Source of the DNA: Azolla caroliniana
Taxonomy: Eukaryota > Plantae > Polypodiophyta
NCBI GenBank assembly: GCA_043228905.1
Contig: JBHGNT010000018.1
Location: 12,524,001 to 12,588,000, forward strand
DNA length: 64,000 nucleotides
Direction of reading: 5' to 3'
The notes under the pieces: generated by a model
The model's database searches: none
What the model was told of the DNA's origin: nothing
The model's input: the letters and a program-made list of their open reading frames with translations, nothing else
Part shown: in pieces, positions 48,797 to 60,122 of the stretch
Layout: each line of letters begins with the position of its first letter
How positions within the stretch are numbered: the stretch's first letter is position 1
Translations under genes and position numbers: made by a program

Positions 48797-50098
48797 TGTC
48801 GTGTGGTTTTTCACACATGATATGAAAACTAGTAAAATAATTATTTATGATTAGCTTAATATATTGATATGGGAAGATATATGTCTTCAAGAGCTTCATA
48901 ATGTATTTTACTACGCATGAATTGGATAAATAAGTATCAAGTTATGTGAGTGAGAAGTTTGAAGAGAAAAAGGAAAAAAATACAAATTGTGCGATATCCC
49001 ACATAGATAGGTCAACATTGGAACGCAGGATATATAAGGGAAACCAAAACATATTCATTTTATCAATGTGTGGAGCATAGAATGTTCAAGGTGACTTGGG
49101 CTACATTGTGTGGTGTGCACGCTTCGGGCGTACGCGCGTATGCAGTCATGTTGACGCTTCGGGCGTACGCGCATATGCACACTCGTGTTGATGCTTTGGG
49201 CGTACGCTCGTATGCACGGTCGTGTTGACACTTCGGGTGTATGCGCGTATGCCCGACCGCGTGGACGTTTTCGAACGTACGCATGTGTGCAAGTTTCGGG
49301 CGTACGCATGCACAGACGCGTGTATGCGGACGAGCACGCGGATGCGTACACGGCGCAGTTGGGATGCGTGTGTGTGCGGATGCGCATACACGGTGCGGGT
49401 TGGACGCGCGCGCGCGTGGATGCATACATTGCGCGGCCGAGACTTTTGCGCACGGACGCGTCTACGGTTTGGTTGCCACGCACGTACAGATTGTGCACGG
49501 GCTAAAATTTATGGATGATTGTGTCATTTGGCCGAATTATACGGACAATCGCATGCAACCAAAAGCCAAGGCCATGCAACTAAAAGTAAAAGTCATGCAT
49601 CTAAAAATGGAAGCATGCAACTAAAAGTAGAGGCTAGGCAACTAAAAATAGAGGCCATGCAACTGAAAGTGGGCATGCAAAGTAACATTGGGGAGGAGGA
49701 TCAACAAAGAGCTCGATATATGTCCCATTTTTCCCCTCTCAGATTCGAGAAACAAATTATCTCACATATTGATATCAAAATCCTAGCTTTGTTTACTTGA
49801 TCTTTCTTGTCAAAAATTATCTCTCGTATTCATATCGAACCACTCTTTGCATGGTTGTTGGCTCCTTTCTTTGAAGAATTAATCTCTCATTTCCATACCC
49901 AACCCATTCTAACACGATTCTGAAATTATAAAGAATCGATTTTCTTTTGCAATAAACTAATGATTTGTCTCTCCCACTTGTCTTATGCTTAAAACTTGCT
50001 TGTGTTGTACATGTTGCACTAAATCCTTCTAGTCTAGAACCCCGGCGGTTCCGTCTCACGATCCGCACATAGTGACGGATTTTCACGACATAATTAAG

Positions 50099-50116
50099 TG
50101 GTGAACCCGATGTGAA
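50099..50116 (+). other. Primer-binding site complementary to the 3' end of plant tRNA-Trp
   Basis: TGGTGAACCCGATGTGAA vs expected TGGTGAACCCGACGTGAA (tRNA sequence recalled from memory); the same PBS occurs on minus at 14898-14915. Confidence 0.75.
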
Positions 50117-51320
50117 AGAGGCGGTAGGGAGGATATCAAGTGCAACGATGGCTTCCACAAGCGGAACTCAAGGAGAGGAATTAACGAAAGGCATGGTCTC
50201 CATAGTGGAATACATGCTGAAGGTGAGAGATCGAGAAGCTTTAATCGACAAAGCTATTGATCCTACGGTCGAGATAGCTAGACGATTTGGTGGCAAGAAC
50301 ATCGCGGATTTTCTTGCTACCTATCGGAACGAGATGCAATAAAGGGATGTCAATGATCTCAAACAATTTTCTAGCTTCAAACGTGTGGTGGAACCAGGGA
50401 TCCGCGATCGCGTCATGGAGATCCAAAATGAGCATGCAACTTGGGCGGAGTTCGAAAAGGTGCTTCTCGCTGAATACATGCTTGAAGACGCATCACGGAT
50501 GACTCGACATACGCTAATGTCTTGGATTGAGAAAAAAAGGAAGAATATGTGTGCCTTTGGAGTTTATGCCAAATTCGACCAGAAGTATAACTGACTTCCA
50601 AGTGTTGATCAACGAGTTCTCGATGGAGATAAAGTCCTACTATTCCTAACAGCAGTGGATGCGAAAGATCGGTGTGAATTGGGTAACTTTTTGGAGGATG
50701 AAACACAACCAAATGGCTTGGTAGCAAACTGGGCGGCAGTGAAGAAGGCTTGTAGTCGTCTTGATAAACGTCGACAATGGCAAGAGGAAACTGATATGGA
50801 GAATCCACAATTGTGGAGGAGGAAGGCACCTGTGACGATTGAGTCTAACCAACCGATCAACAATTTCGACAAGAAAGTGATGGAGGAATCTATAATCGAA
50901 GAGCTCTCCAAGAAATTTGAAGCGGTATCGCTGGCCAACTTAGGTCGACGCGGGCCAAAGGGAAAAGAAGCGTATAGATGTGTGTGGTGCGACAAGTTCG
51001 AGCACTCACGAAGGGAGTGCACTGACTTGCAAGACGTGATTCGCAAGAATGTCGTCTATTTGGACGGCAACATGATCCACTCGAGTGAGACCTGAAAGCC
51101 ACTACGAGTGAACTTTGGAAGAGGCGGGCTAAAAAAGCTCGTGGAAGAGGAAGATGCAAGGCATGTGGAAGCCATGCACTACGCCGCATCGGCGGGAATA
51201 CGAGTCGAAAGAGAGAATCTAAAGACAATCAAGCCGGGAGTTGGGTTTTGGCCAACGTGTTGGGATTTCGGTCCCTCCGGATGGTATGTCCCCGGAGATG
51301 AATGACGGCAAGCCCGGTTC

Positions 51321-51427
51321 CGGTTACGGAGCCGGATGACGAAGACCCCGGCTACGGAGCCGGATGATGAAGACCCCGGCTACGGAGCCGGATGATGAAG
51401 ACCCCGGTTACGGAGCCGGATGACGAA
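51321..51427 (+). repeat. 28-bp tandem repeat (~3.8 copies) in LTR U3; same in the 3' LTR
   Basis: Unit CGG(T/C)TACGGAGCCGGATGA(C/T)GAAGACCC. Confidence 0.95.
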
Positions 51428-51931
51428 TGTACCCGGAGAGAGATCCGGATGCGGGGACATATTTGTGAATATGTTTGCCAAGAGCCCTTGAGGCTATATT
51501 TGTAAATAGCCCGAAAGTCATATGTGTATAAATATGACTTAGGGCAAACAGTTGTTGTTGTTGCTCATTTTTCTGTTGTCCACTAAGAGGGAGCGAAGTG
51601 AGAGCAGCCGAGCGAGAGTGAGAAAAAGAAAGAGAAAGGAAGAGGTCGACGCCTCTGTGTAATACCGCCGCCTGTGGCGAGGATAGCGAGCTCAAGGTTG
51701 TTGCCTTGTAGCCTCACCATTGTACATCTCTGTGTATAGTGATAGTTGGAGTTTGAGAACTCCCGTGGTTTTTCCCATTTAGGGTTTTCCACGTAAACAT
51801 CCTGTGTATTCTTCTCTCTGTTGTTCTTCGTGCATTCTTGTATTTCCCGTTTTCTGAGAATCGATCCTGTTCCTCGGCTGTGGCCGAGCACGGAATTTCA
51901 ACAAGTGGTATCAGAGCGACTGTTGCAGAAA

Positions 51932-54900
51932 ATGGAAGGCGGCGGCAGCGGGCAGCCGGGGATGATGGTGCTAAATGCACAGAATTACGCCGACTGGAAG
52001 ATCAAGATGGAGGATCTTCTGATTGTTCGGGACCTGTACGAACCGATTGACAGGTCGGAAATACCGAAGGGGGTACTTGAGTCGGAGTGGAAGCTCCTGA
52101 ACCGGAAAGCCGTAGCGACGATCCGACAATATGTCGATGTAAGCGTCCTACAACATGTTGCGAACGACACCAACGCATATGAGATGTGGAAGAAGCTGTC
52201 GGGCCTCTACGAGAGGAAGAATGCGTTGAACCGGACCTCCCTGATGAGGAAGATAGTGAATCTCAAGTACCGGGACGGCGAGAGTATGGTGGAACACGTA
52301 AGCACGTTCATGGGATTCGTGAACCAGCTTGCGGCGATCAAGTTCCCGTTGGAGGATGCAATGCAAGCCATCATCTTGATGTGTACTTTGCCGGACAGCT
52401 GGGAGAACTTGGTGGTGACTCTCAGCACCTCCTGCGCCGAAGATAACTTGTCCCTACAAACGGTAAAGACAAGTATTTTGAACGAAGAAGCGCGTCGGAG
52501 AGATAAAGAACCGGTCTCCGACTCGAAGGCGCTGCTTACCGAATCGGAACGCGGAAGACAATGGAACCGGAGTCCGCAAAGACGGGAGAAGTCGGGGACC
52601 CGGTCGCAGTCAAGAGGAAGGCCAACATGCTTCCACTGCGGGAAGCCGGGGCACTTCCGGAAGAATTGTCGGCATTACCGAAAGGACAACGGAGCCGACG
52701 ACACCGATTCGAAGAAGTCACCGGAGAGAAACGGTGCATACCGGGGAGCCACGGACCGGAGAGGTCCGGATCGGCGAGGGCAGGACCGGAAAGGAACGAC
52801 GGCACTCGCGGCAAGTGAAGAAGAGATAATGCTTATTACCGAAGAGAGGGAGCTGAACCTTGCCGGCGTAGAGATGACCTGGGTGGTCGATTCCGGAGCG
52901 TCGTTCCACCTGACCCCGGAGAAGAAATACTTCTCATCCTACACAGCCGGTGAGCATGGCTGTGTCCGGATGGGAAATGAAGGTACATGCCGGATTGCCG
53001 GCATAGGAGACGTGTGGCTGATGACATCAACCGGATGCAAGATGCTGCTGAAGGATGTTCGACACGTTCCGGAGGTTCGATTGAACCTGATTTCGGCCGG
53101 GAGGCTAGACGATGAAGGCTACACGGGTAGCATCCGGAACGGTGTCATGAAGTTCAGCAAAGGGAGCCTGATAGTGGCTCGGGCCCGGAAGGTCAACACT
53201 CTGTACCTGATGAATTCCCGGCTATGTCCGGAGGAGCTGAACGTGGCAGCTGGCGCTGTCGGTGAGCTGTGGCACAAGAGACTGTGCCACATGAGTGAGA
53301 AGGGGATGAAGAGGCTTGCAGAAGACAACCTCATTCCAGTGAAGCATGTGCACCTGGAGAAGTGCACCGACTGCCTGGCCGGTAAGCAAAACCGGACCTC
53401 CTTCCACTCAAGGCCACCGACGAGACGTAGCGCACCATTGGAGCTGGTGCACACTGACGTGTGTCAAGTAGAAATGAAGTCACATGGCGGAGCCCAGTAC
53501 TTCGTGACATTCATTGATGACCACAGCCGGAAGCTGTGGACGGCACCGTTGAAGACAAAGGACCAAGTGTTGTGCGTCTTCAAAGAACTTCACGCGAGAG
53601 TCGAAAGGGAATCCGGCAAGAAGCTGAAAGCGATACGAGCGGATAACGGAGGGGAATACCGGGGGCAGTTCCAGGAGTACTGTCGCTCGAAGGGAATCCG
53701 GCTCGAGTTTACTGTGCCGAAGACGCCGGAACTGAACGGGCTGGCCGAGAGGATGAACCGGACCATAATGGAGAGGGTCCGGAGTATGCTGGCGCATGCG
53801 AAATTACCCAAGGGATTTTGGGCTGAGGCAATGTCGACGGCGACGTATGTGATAAATAGATCACCCTCAGTACCTTTGGACGGAGACACGCCGCAGAAAG
53901 TGTGGACCGGTAAGGAAGTGTCCTACCGGCATCTGAAGGTGTTCGGGTGTCTCGCATACGTGCATGTGGCAAAGGACCGGAGAGGAAAGTTAGATCCAAA
54001 GACCCGGCCATGCATATTCCTCGGTTACGGCGACGACGAGTTCGGCTACCGAGTATGGGACCCGGTCGACAAGAAGATATTCAGGAGTCGAGATATCATC
54101 TTCATGGAGGACAAGACACTCGCCGACTGGGAGTCGGAGAAGAAGATGAAGAGCTCCAAGTCGACCGGTGAGGATAAACTCTACGAGGAGCAGTCCCGAC
54201 CGGCAAGGGACCGGTTAGCACTCGAGGACCCGACCGAAGACGGTGAAGAAACAGAACCGGCCGAGGAAGATGAAACTGATACCGGAACCGGCCCCGATCC
54301 CGAAATGGATTCGGATGAAGAGGAAACGGAGGAGCCGGTTACCGAAGCTCCGGAACGGAGATATCCTCTAAGAGAGAGAAGGGCCCCCCGGAGATTTCCG
54401 GAACCAGAGCACGTGCTACTAACCGACGAGGGGGAGCCGGAGAGCTTTGAAGAAGCAAAGCATGACACCCAGAGCCGCAGGTGGTTGAGTGCCATGCAGG
54501 ACGAGATGGATTCCCTGCATGAGAACAACACATATGAGCTTGTGGAGTTGCCGAAAGGAAAGCGGGCACTTCGAAACAAGTGGGTATTCAAGCTGAAACC
54601 GGGAGATGCCGGAAACCCCCCGAGATACAAAGCCAGGATCGTGGTGAAGGGGTTTCAGCAGAAGAAGGGCGTCGACTTCGACGAGATATTTGCCCCGGTA
54701 GTGAAGATGACCTCCATCCGGACGGTGCTGAGCATAGCGGCAAGCATGGACCTCGAGGTAGAACAGATGGACGTGAAGACGGCATTCCTTCACGGTGACC
54801 TCGAAGAAGAGATCTACATGCAGCAACCGGAAGGATTCGAGAAGAAAGGGAAGGAGCACCTGGTATGCCGGTTGAAGAAGAGCCTTTACGGACTGAAGCA

Positions 54901-56005
54901 GGCTCCCCGGCAATGGTACCGGAAGTTCGACTCCTTCATGACCGACGAAGGGTACCTCAAAACGCAGTCCGACCACTGCGTGTTTGTGAAGAAGTTCGAA
55001 GGAGGAGACTCTCTAATACTCCTCCTGTACGTGGACGACATGTTGATCGTCGGACGGGACCAGGTCAAGATACGGATGCTGAAGAAGGCTCTTCACCGAA
55101 CCTTCTCAATGAAGGACCTGGGTCCGGCGAGGCAAATACTAGGGATGCACATCATCCGGGACCGGAAGAAGAAGCAGTTGTGGTTGTCACAGGAGAAGTA
55201 CGTGACGAAGGTCCTTCACCGGTTCAACATGTCGGAAGCGAGACCGGTCGGATCGTCCCTCCCGACAAACTGCAAGCTGTCCAGCAAGCAAAGTCCCAAG
55301 ACAAAGGCTGAAAAGGAGGACATGATGAAAGTACCATATGCCTCTGCCGTCGGAAGCTTGATGTACGCAATGGTGTGTACAAGACCGGACATAGGATATG
55401 CAGTTGGAGTGGTGAGCCGGTACATGAGCAATCCCGGCAAAGAGCACTGGAACGCGGTCAAATGGATACTTCGATACTTAAAGGGCACTTCGAACATGTG
55501 CCTCCGATTCGGCTCCGGTAAGCCCGAACTCGATGGATTTACCGATTCGGACATGTCGGCTGATGCGGATACCAGCCGGTCTACATCAGGGTATGTAATG
55601 ACATATGCAGGGGGAGCCGTTTCGTGGCAGTCGAGGCTGCAGAAGACGGTTGCGTTGTCAACCACGGAGGCGGAGTACATGGCAGCTGTTGAAGCCGGCA
55701 AGGAAATAATATGGATGAAGGACTTCATTAGAGAGCTCGGTATCCGGCAGGAGGAGTACCGACTCTACTGCGACAGTCAGAGTGCCATCCACCTTGCGAA
55801 GAACGCGGCCTACCATTCCCGGACGAAACACATCCAGCGTAGATACCACTGGATCCGGGAGAGGATAGAAGACGAGGAGCTCGTGCTGACGAAGATCCAC
55901 ACGGACGAGAACGGGTCGGATATGCTGACCAAGGTGCTCACACCCGACAAGCTGGAAGCATGCCGGAAGAGGATTGGATTGGAGAGACATCCCATGCCGA
56001 AGTGA
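51932..56005 (+). CDS. gag-pol: Copia Gag-Pol polyprotein (gag, CCHC knuckle, protease, integrase, RT, RNase H), 1357 aa
   Basis: First ATG after the PBS. Motifs CFHCGKPGHFRKNC, WVVDSGASFH, LWHKRLCH..CTDC, VHTDV/FIDD/NGLAERMN, LLLYVDDML, TDSD, TKHI. Confidence 0.97.
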   Translation: MEGGGSGQPGMMVLNAQNYADWKIKMEDLLIVRDLYEPIDRSEIPKGVLESEWKLLNRKAVATIRQYVDVSVLQHVANDTNAYEMWKKLSGLYERKNALNRTSLMRKIVNLKYRDGESMVEHVSTFMGFVNQLAAIKFPLEDAMQAIILMCTLPDSWENLVVTLSTSCAEDNLSLQTVKTSILNEEARRRDKEPVSDSKALLTESERGRQWNRSPQRREKSGTRSQSRGRPTCFHCGKPGHFRKNCRHYRKDNGADDTDSKKSPERNGAYRGATDRRGPDRRGQDRKGTTALAASEEEIMLITEERELNLAGVEMTWVVDSGASFHLTPEKKYFSSYTAGEHGCVRMGNEGTCRIAGIGDVWLMTSTGCKMLLKDVRHVPEVRLNLISAGRLDDEGYTGSIRNGVMKFSKGSLIVARARKVNTLYLMNSRLCPEELNVAAGAVGELWHKRLCHMSEKGMKRLAEDNLIPVKHVHLEKCTDCLAGKQNRTSFHSRPPTRRSAPLELVHTDVCQVEMKSHGGAQYFVTFIDDHSRKLWTAPLKTKDQVLCVFKELHARVERESGKKLKAIRADNGGEYRGQFQEYCRSKGIRLEFTVPKTPELNGLAERMNRTIMERVRSMLAHAKLPKGFWAEAMSTATYVINRSPSVPLDGDTPQKVWTGKEVSYRHLKVFGCLAYVHVAKDRRGKLDPKTRPCIFLGYGDDEFGYRVWDPVDKKIFRSRDIIFMEDKTLADWESEKKMKSSKSTGEDKLYEEQSRPARDRLALEDPTEDGEETEPAEEDETDTGTGPDPEMDSDEEETEEPVTEAPERRYPLRERRAPRRFPEPEHVLLTDEGEPESFEEAKHDTQSRRWLSAMQDEMDSLHENNTYELVELPKGKRALRNKWVFKLKPGDAGNPPRYKARIVVKGFQQKKGVDFDEIFAPVVKMTSIRTVLSIAASMDLEVEQMDVKTAFLHGDLEEEIYMQQPEGFEKKGKEHLVCRLKKSLYGLKQAPRQWYRKFDSFMTDEGYLKTQSDHCVFVKKFEGGDSLILLLYVDDMLIVGRDQVKIRMLKKALHRTFSMKDLGPARQILGMHIIRDRKKKQLWLSQEKYVTKVLHRFNMSEARPVGSSLPTNCKLSSKQSPKTKAEKEDMMKVPYASAVGSLMYAMVCTRPDIGYAVGVVSRYMSNPGKEHWNAVKWILRYLKGTSNMCLRFGSGKPELDGFTDSDMSADADTSRSTSGYVMTYAGGAVSWQSRLQKTVALSTTEAEYMAAVEAGKEIIWMKDFIRELGIRQEEYRLYCDSQSAIHLAKNAAYHSRTKHIQRRYHWIRERIEDEELVLTKIHTDENGSDMLTKVLTPDKLEACRKRIGLERHPMPK

Positions 56006-59000
56006 AGGGGGAGTTTGTTGGGATTTCGGTCCCTCCGGATGGTATGTCCCCGGAGATGAATGACGGCAAGCCCGGTTCCGGTTACGGAGCCGGATGACGA
56101 AGACCCCGGCTACGGAGCCGGATGATGAAGACCCCGGCTACGGAGCCGGATGATGAAGACCCCGGTTACGGAGCCGGATGACGAATGTACCCGGAGAGAG
56201 ATCCGGATGCGGGGACATATTTGTGAATATGTTTGCCAAGAGCCCTTGAGGCTATATTTGTAAATAGCCCGAAAGTCATATGTGTATAAATATGACTTAG
56301 GGCAAACAGTTGTTGTTGTTGCTCATTTTTCTGTTGTCCACTAAGAGGGAGCGAAGTGAGAGCAGCCGAGCGAGAGTGAGAAAAAGAAAGAGAAAGGAAG
56401 AGGTCGACGCCTTTGTGTAATACCGCCGCCTGTGGCGAGGATAGCGAGCTCAAGGTTGTTGCCTTGTAGCCTCACCATTGTACATCTCTGTGTATAGTGA
56501 TAGTTGGAGTTTGAGAACTCCCGTGGTTTTTCCCATTTAGGGTTTTCCACGTAAACATCCTGTGTATTCTTCTCTCTGTTGTTCTTCGTGCATTCTTGTA
56601 TTTCCCGTTTTCTGAGAATCGATCCTGTTCCTCGGCTGTGGCCGAGCACGGAATTTCAACACAACGGTATTCGAGTGTGAAAAGAAAGAAAAAATAGATT
56701 TGGAGGCTCTAAAACATGTTGATTGGAATGTGCGACAAGTTACCGGATGGTTGGATCTAGTCGACGATAACACAAGCTTTGCGGAGGTTGTGTGTGACAA
56801 CTATGAAGCTCTTGTTGAAGAGAAGAGGAAAAGAACTGGTGAAGAAGATGGCACATCAAAGTGTCACAATACGAGGAATGTAGGGAAAGAAGGACAAGCC
56901 CAACCTACGCCACGAAAAGAGATGGGAGAAACAAGCATGAATCCCGGTGGATCAAGCCAACCTTCTCGGATGGAAGTCGATGAATCTGTGAAGAAAGGAA
57001 AAGAACGAGCGGCGCCGACTTACAAGCTAAGGTCGGACATAGAACAAACAACCGACTTGCGGAAGGTCCTTGAGGAGAAGGTTTTAGACAGTCATGTCGA
57101 CCTTACTTTGAGAGAGCTACTTGGGATCGCTAAAAAGGAGTTCCACGATACTATCGTGGACTTGATTAAGCGGAAGCGGCAACAATCGGATGAAGAGGAG
57201 GTGAAAACAAGTACCATAACCATGTAAAGATCGGAAGAGGAGGAGGAAGAAGAAGTGACGGAAGAGCGACAACGGAGACGCCGGTGAAGATTGGAGAGAA
57301 GAAAGAGACCGTGGTAGCCTTGATTGCCCATGCTTCAGAGATCAACCTCATGTCGACCGAATTCTACAAGAAAGGAAGATGGCCGATCAACACAAACCAC
57401 AGATGGAAGATACGAGCGGAAACGAAGGCCACAGAAGACCTGTACGAAGCTTGCCCCAATGTTAAAGTCACGATTGGAGATGTGGAGATGGATCAACGCT
57501 TCTTCGTGCAAGACTCGGCTTCACATCCCGTCATCCTAGGACAACCATATATCACATCATCCCGGATGGAGACTAAGGTGTTCGATAATGAAGCGGCCTT
57601 CGCGCGAGTCAAGAGCCTTAACAATCAAAGGTTTGTTCAATTCCTTACGGTGTGGGCTAATCACGAAAGGAACCGAGATAGCCTTGGAGGCGAATCCTTG
57701 GATTTTTAGAGCGGACTATTGAAGCGTGGGGCACAAATAGTTCGAGCAATCATAAGTTGCCACAAGGAAGCAAAATAAGTGGATCGCAAGGAGAAGCAAC
57801 ATGTGTGAAACCTAGTGGTGCATGTAAACTAACACTACTCAACAAGAAGGACAAGCGGCGGATACAAGACTTCGAGAAGATGCTAAAAGAAGAAAGCATA
57901 ATCGAAGAGGAAGAATTTGTGTCTCATATTCTAGAGGAAGCCTCATTTAGCGACACCATCGGCAAAATCGAGGAAGTCGTGGACTTGAGCTACCTTCACG
58001 AGAAAAATGTGATTTCGGTTAACTCCGTCAACATGTACGTTATCATCGATGAATATCATTGGGGCATCTTGATGGAGGAAGATGAAGTCAACACAAAATA
58101 TAAAATGGTGGATAAGAAGATCAAGCCAGTTGCGGTTTTGCTACCGGAAGATAGCTGGTAGAAGATGAAGGAAGTTGTTAATGATCCGAGCCTAAGGGAT
58201 CCAAAGGCAATAGGTCATGTCTTCACCAAAGAGACAAAAGGAAAGCTACAAGTTGGAAGGGAAGATTTCCTTCTCCCTGAAGAGGAGAGAATGTTCCGCG
58301 GAATGCTTGACGGACATGGGAAAGCCTTTGCCTATTCTCCACAAGAGATCGGATGTGCCAACCCGAAGATAATAGAGCCGATGGTGTTTTTTACGGTACC
58401 GCATGTAGCATGGAACCTCAAGCCAATACCGGTTCCAAGAGCTCACATTCCGAAGTTGATTGAGCTTCTAAAAGAAAAGGTTAGGATGGGAATACTTGAG
58501 CCGTCCAATGCTCCCTAGTCCAATAGATGGTTTACGGTGCCGAAGAAGAACCGGTCCTTACGCTTTATTCAAGATCTCCAACCCGTCAACAAGGTGACAA
58601 TCCGAAATGCCAGAATTGGTCCAAGTGTAGATGAATTTGCTGAAGCCTTCGCGGGAAGATCAATCTATTCCATTGGTGATCTCTACTTGAGCTATGATCA
58701 ATTTCAATTGGCCGTCAATAGTAGAGACATAATGTTACCGGCCGGCAAGGAGTCCAAAATACGGAGTGAAGGAATTAATTAGATATGGTTGTAAATGAGC
58801 ATAGTGTGGACGGACGGACTGTAAACGGTATGCCGTTCCAGATCCGGACGGATCCCGAATAGGTGCGAGAGGCACCGTTTTGTACTACGGGCCGGAAACC
58901 TATTTAAAGGCCCGGACCCCATTGTAATCGCAGCGGATAATTAATAGAGCTTATGTTGTTTATACTTCTGTCTTGATTTCCGTTCTGTAATTACTGTTAT

Positions 59001-59155
59001 ATCTTACGCGTGTAATTAACCGAAGCATTCTAATCGTGTAACCTATGTAAGTCGGTGTAATCGTTGAATCTTAATCCTATGCCGTAATCACCCTTTGGTG
59101 AAGTGTCTCCGTGACACCTTGTGTTAGGCCTTGTCCGGCTAGAGAATAACACAGT

Positions 59156-60078
59156 TTTTAGTCCTTCTGTGAATCGCGGCACGAGCTGCAAGAGTCTTCC
59201 TAATGGTAACGTGATCTGACATTCTTGCAGTGCTTGCCATGTCTCGTTTTCTGGGTGGCTACCGCCGGCACTCCCTATGGTATTCGCCTTTTGCCGTTCC
59301 GCGTCCGCGACGTTCCTTTCATTGGCTTCCTTCACCCATTCCGTCGCCTGTTTTCGTATGGCCTCTTGTGTTTCCCATTCTTTGGCCATGCCTTTCGACC
59401 GTGTGGTTACTTGCTGTAAATCCGCCACTTCCGAAACCACCATATTAACTGCTGGTCGTTTCTCGTAGCTCTTTACCGGGCACTGGTTACTGTAGTGGCC
59501 TTCCTGCCTGCAGTAGTAGCAGTACTCTTTACGGGTATTGCTGGATTCAGCATTGCTGGTAGCCGGAGTTGGTCCCGTAGTGAGTGGTGCGTTCTGTGCC
59601 GGTTGGCTCCTTGGGGTTCCCTGTTCCGGGTCCCTAGTGTGACCACCTTTCTTAAAATTACGTTTCTTATTATTCTTATTTTTATTTCGGTAGTCCGGTC
59701 GTGGTAGATCGTAAAATCGGCCGTAGTCCTCCTGGTGCCTTCGGTAACCCGGGGAATGGTCTCTGTCGTATTGCTCGTGTCGTCTGTTGGGCTCCCGATA
59801 ACGGTCCGATCGCTCATACCGGTCGTAGTTATCACGCCGATTCCCGTACCGGCCATCATTCTCTTGCCTGTCCCCGTACCGGACATCCTGTGCCGGTGGG
59901 TACCGGTTCATTCTTTGCCAACGATCGTCATCTTCGTCTCGGCTGCTTCTTGGCTCGATCCGTCGGACGGGTGGTGCTTGTCGATTTAACAGGTTGTACT
60001 CGCACCGGTCCGTTGTATGACTCTTGGATTGACAAATCACACACTGAGTGCGCATGGTGCACTCTACTGCCGAGTGTC
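59156..60078 (-). pseudogene. gag: Inverted C-terminal gag fragment (open reading frame, zinc knuckles intact)
   Basis: HSAVECTMRTQCVICQSKSHTTDRC...CYYCRQEGHYSNQC...LGRLLQLVPRFTEGLK; homologous to the sense gag at 22290-23220, but antisense to its own LTRs. Confidence 0.9.
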
Positions 60079-60122
60079 ATCACCACTCTACCTCGCCATC
60101 TTTCCTCGACCTCGAAGCAGAC

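Larger units (their letters stand above)
51258..56661 (+). mobile_element. Intact, very young Ty1/copia retrotransposon (Tnt1/Tork-like), 5404 bp; LTRs 51258-51903 and 56016-56661
   Basis: 646-bp LTRs with one visible substitution; TSD CAACG (51253-51257, 56662-56666); perfect iMet PBS TGGTATCAGAGC at 51906-51917; PPT AAGTGAAGGGGGAG; uninterrupted ORF. Confidence 0.98.

Noticed and set aside
51821-51931. N-terminal extension of the copia ORF given by the ORF track
   Set aside because: Starts at a non-ATG codon inside the LTR, upstream of the PBS; ATG 51932 is the plausible start.
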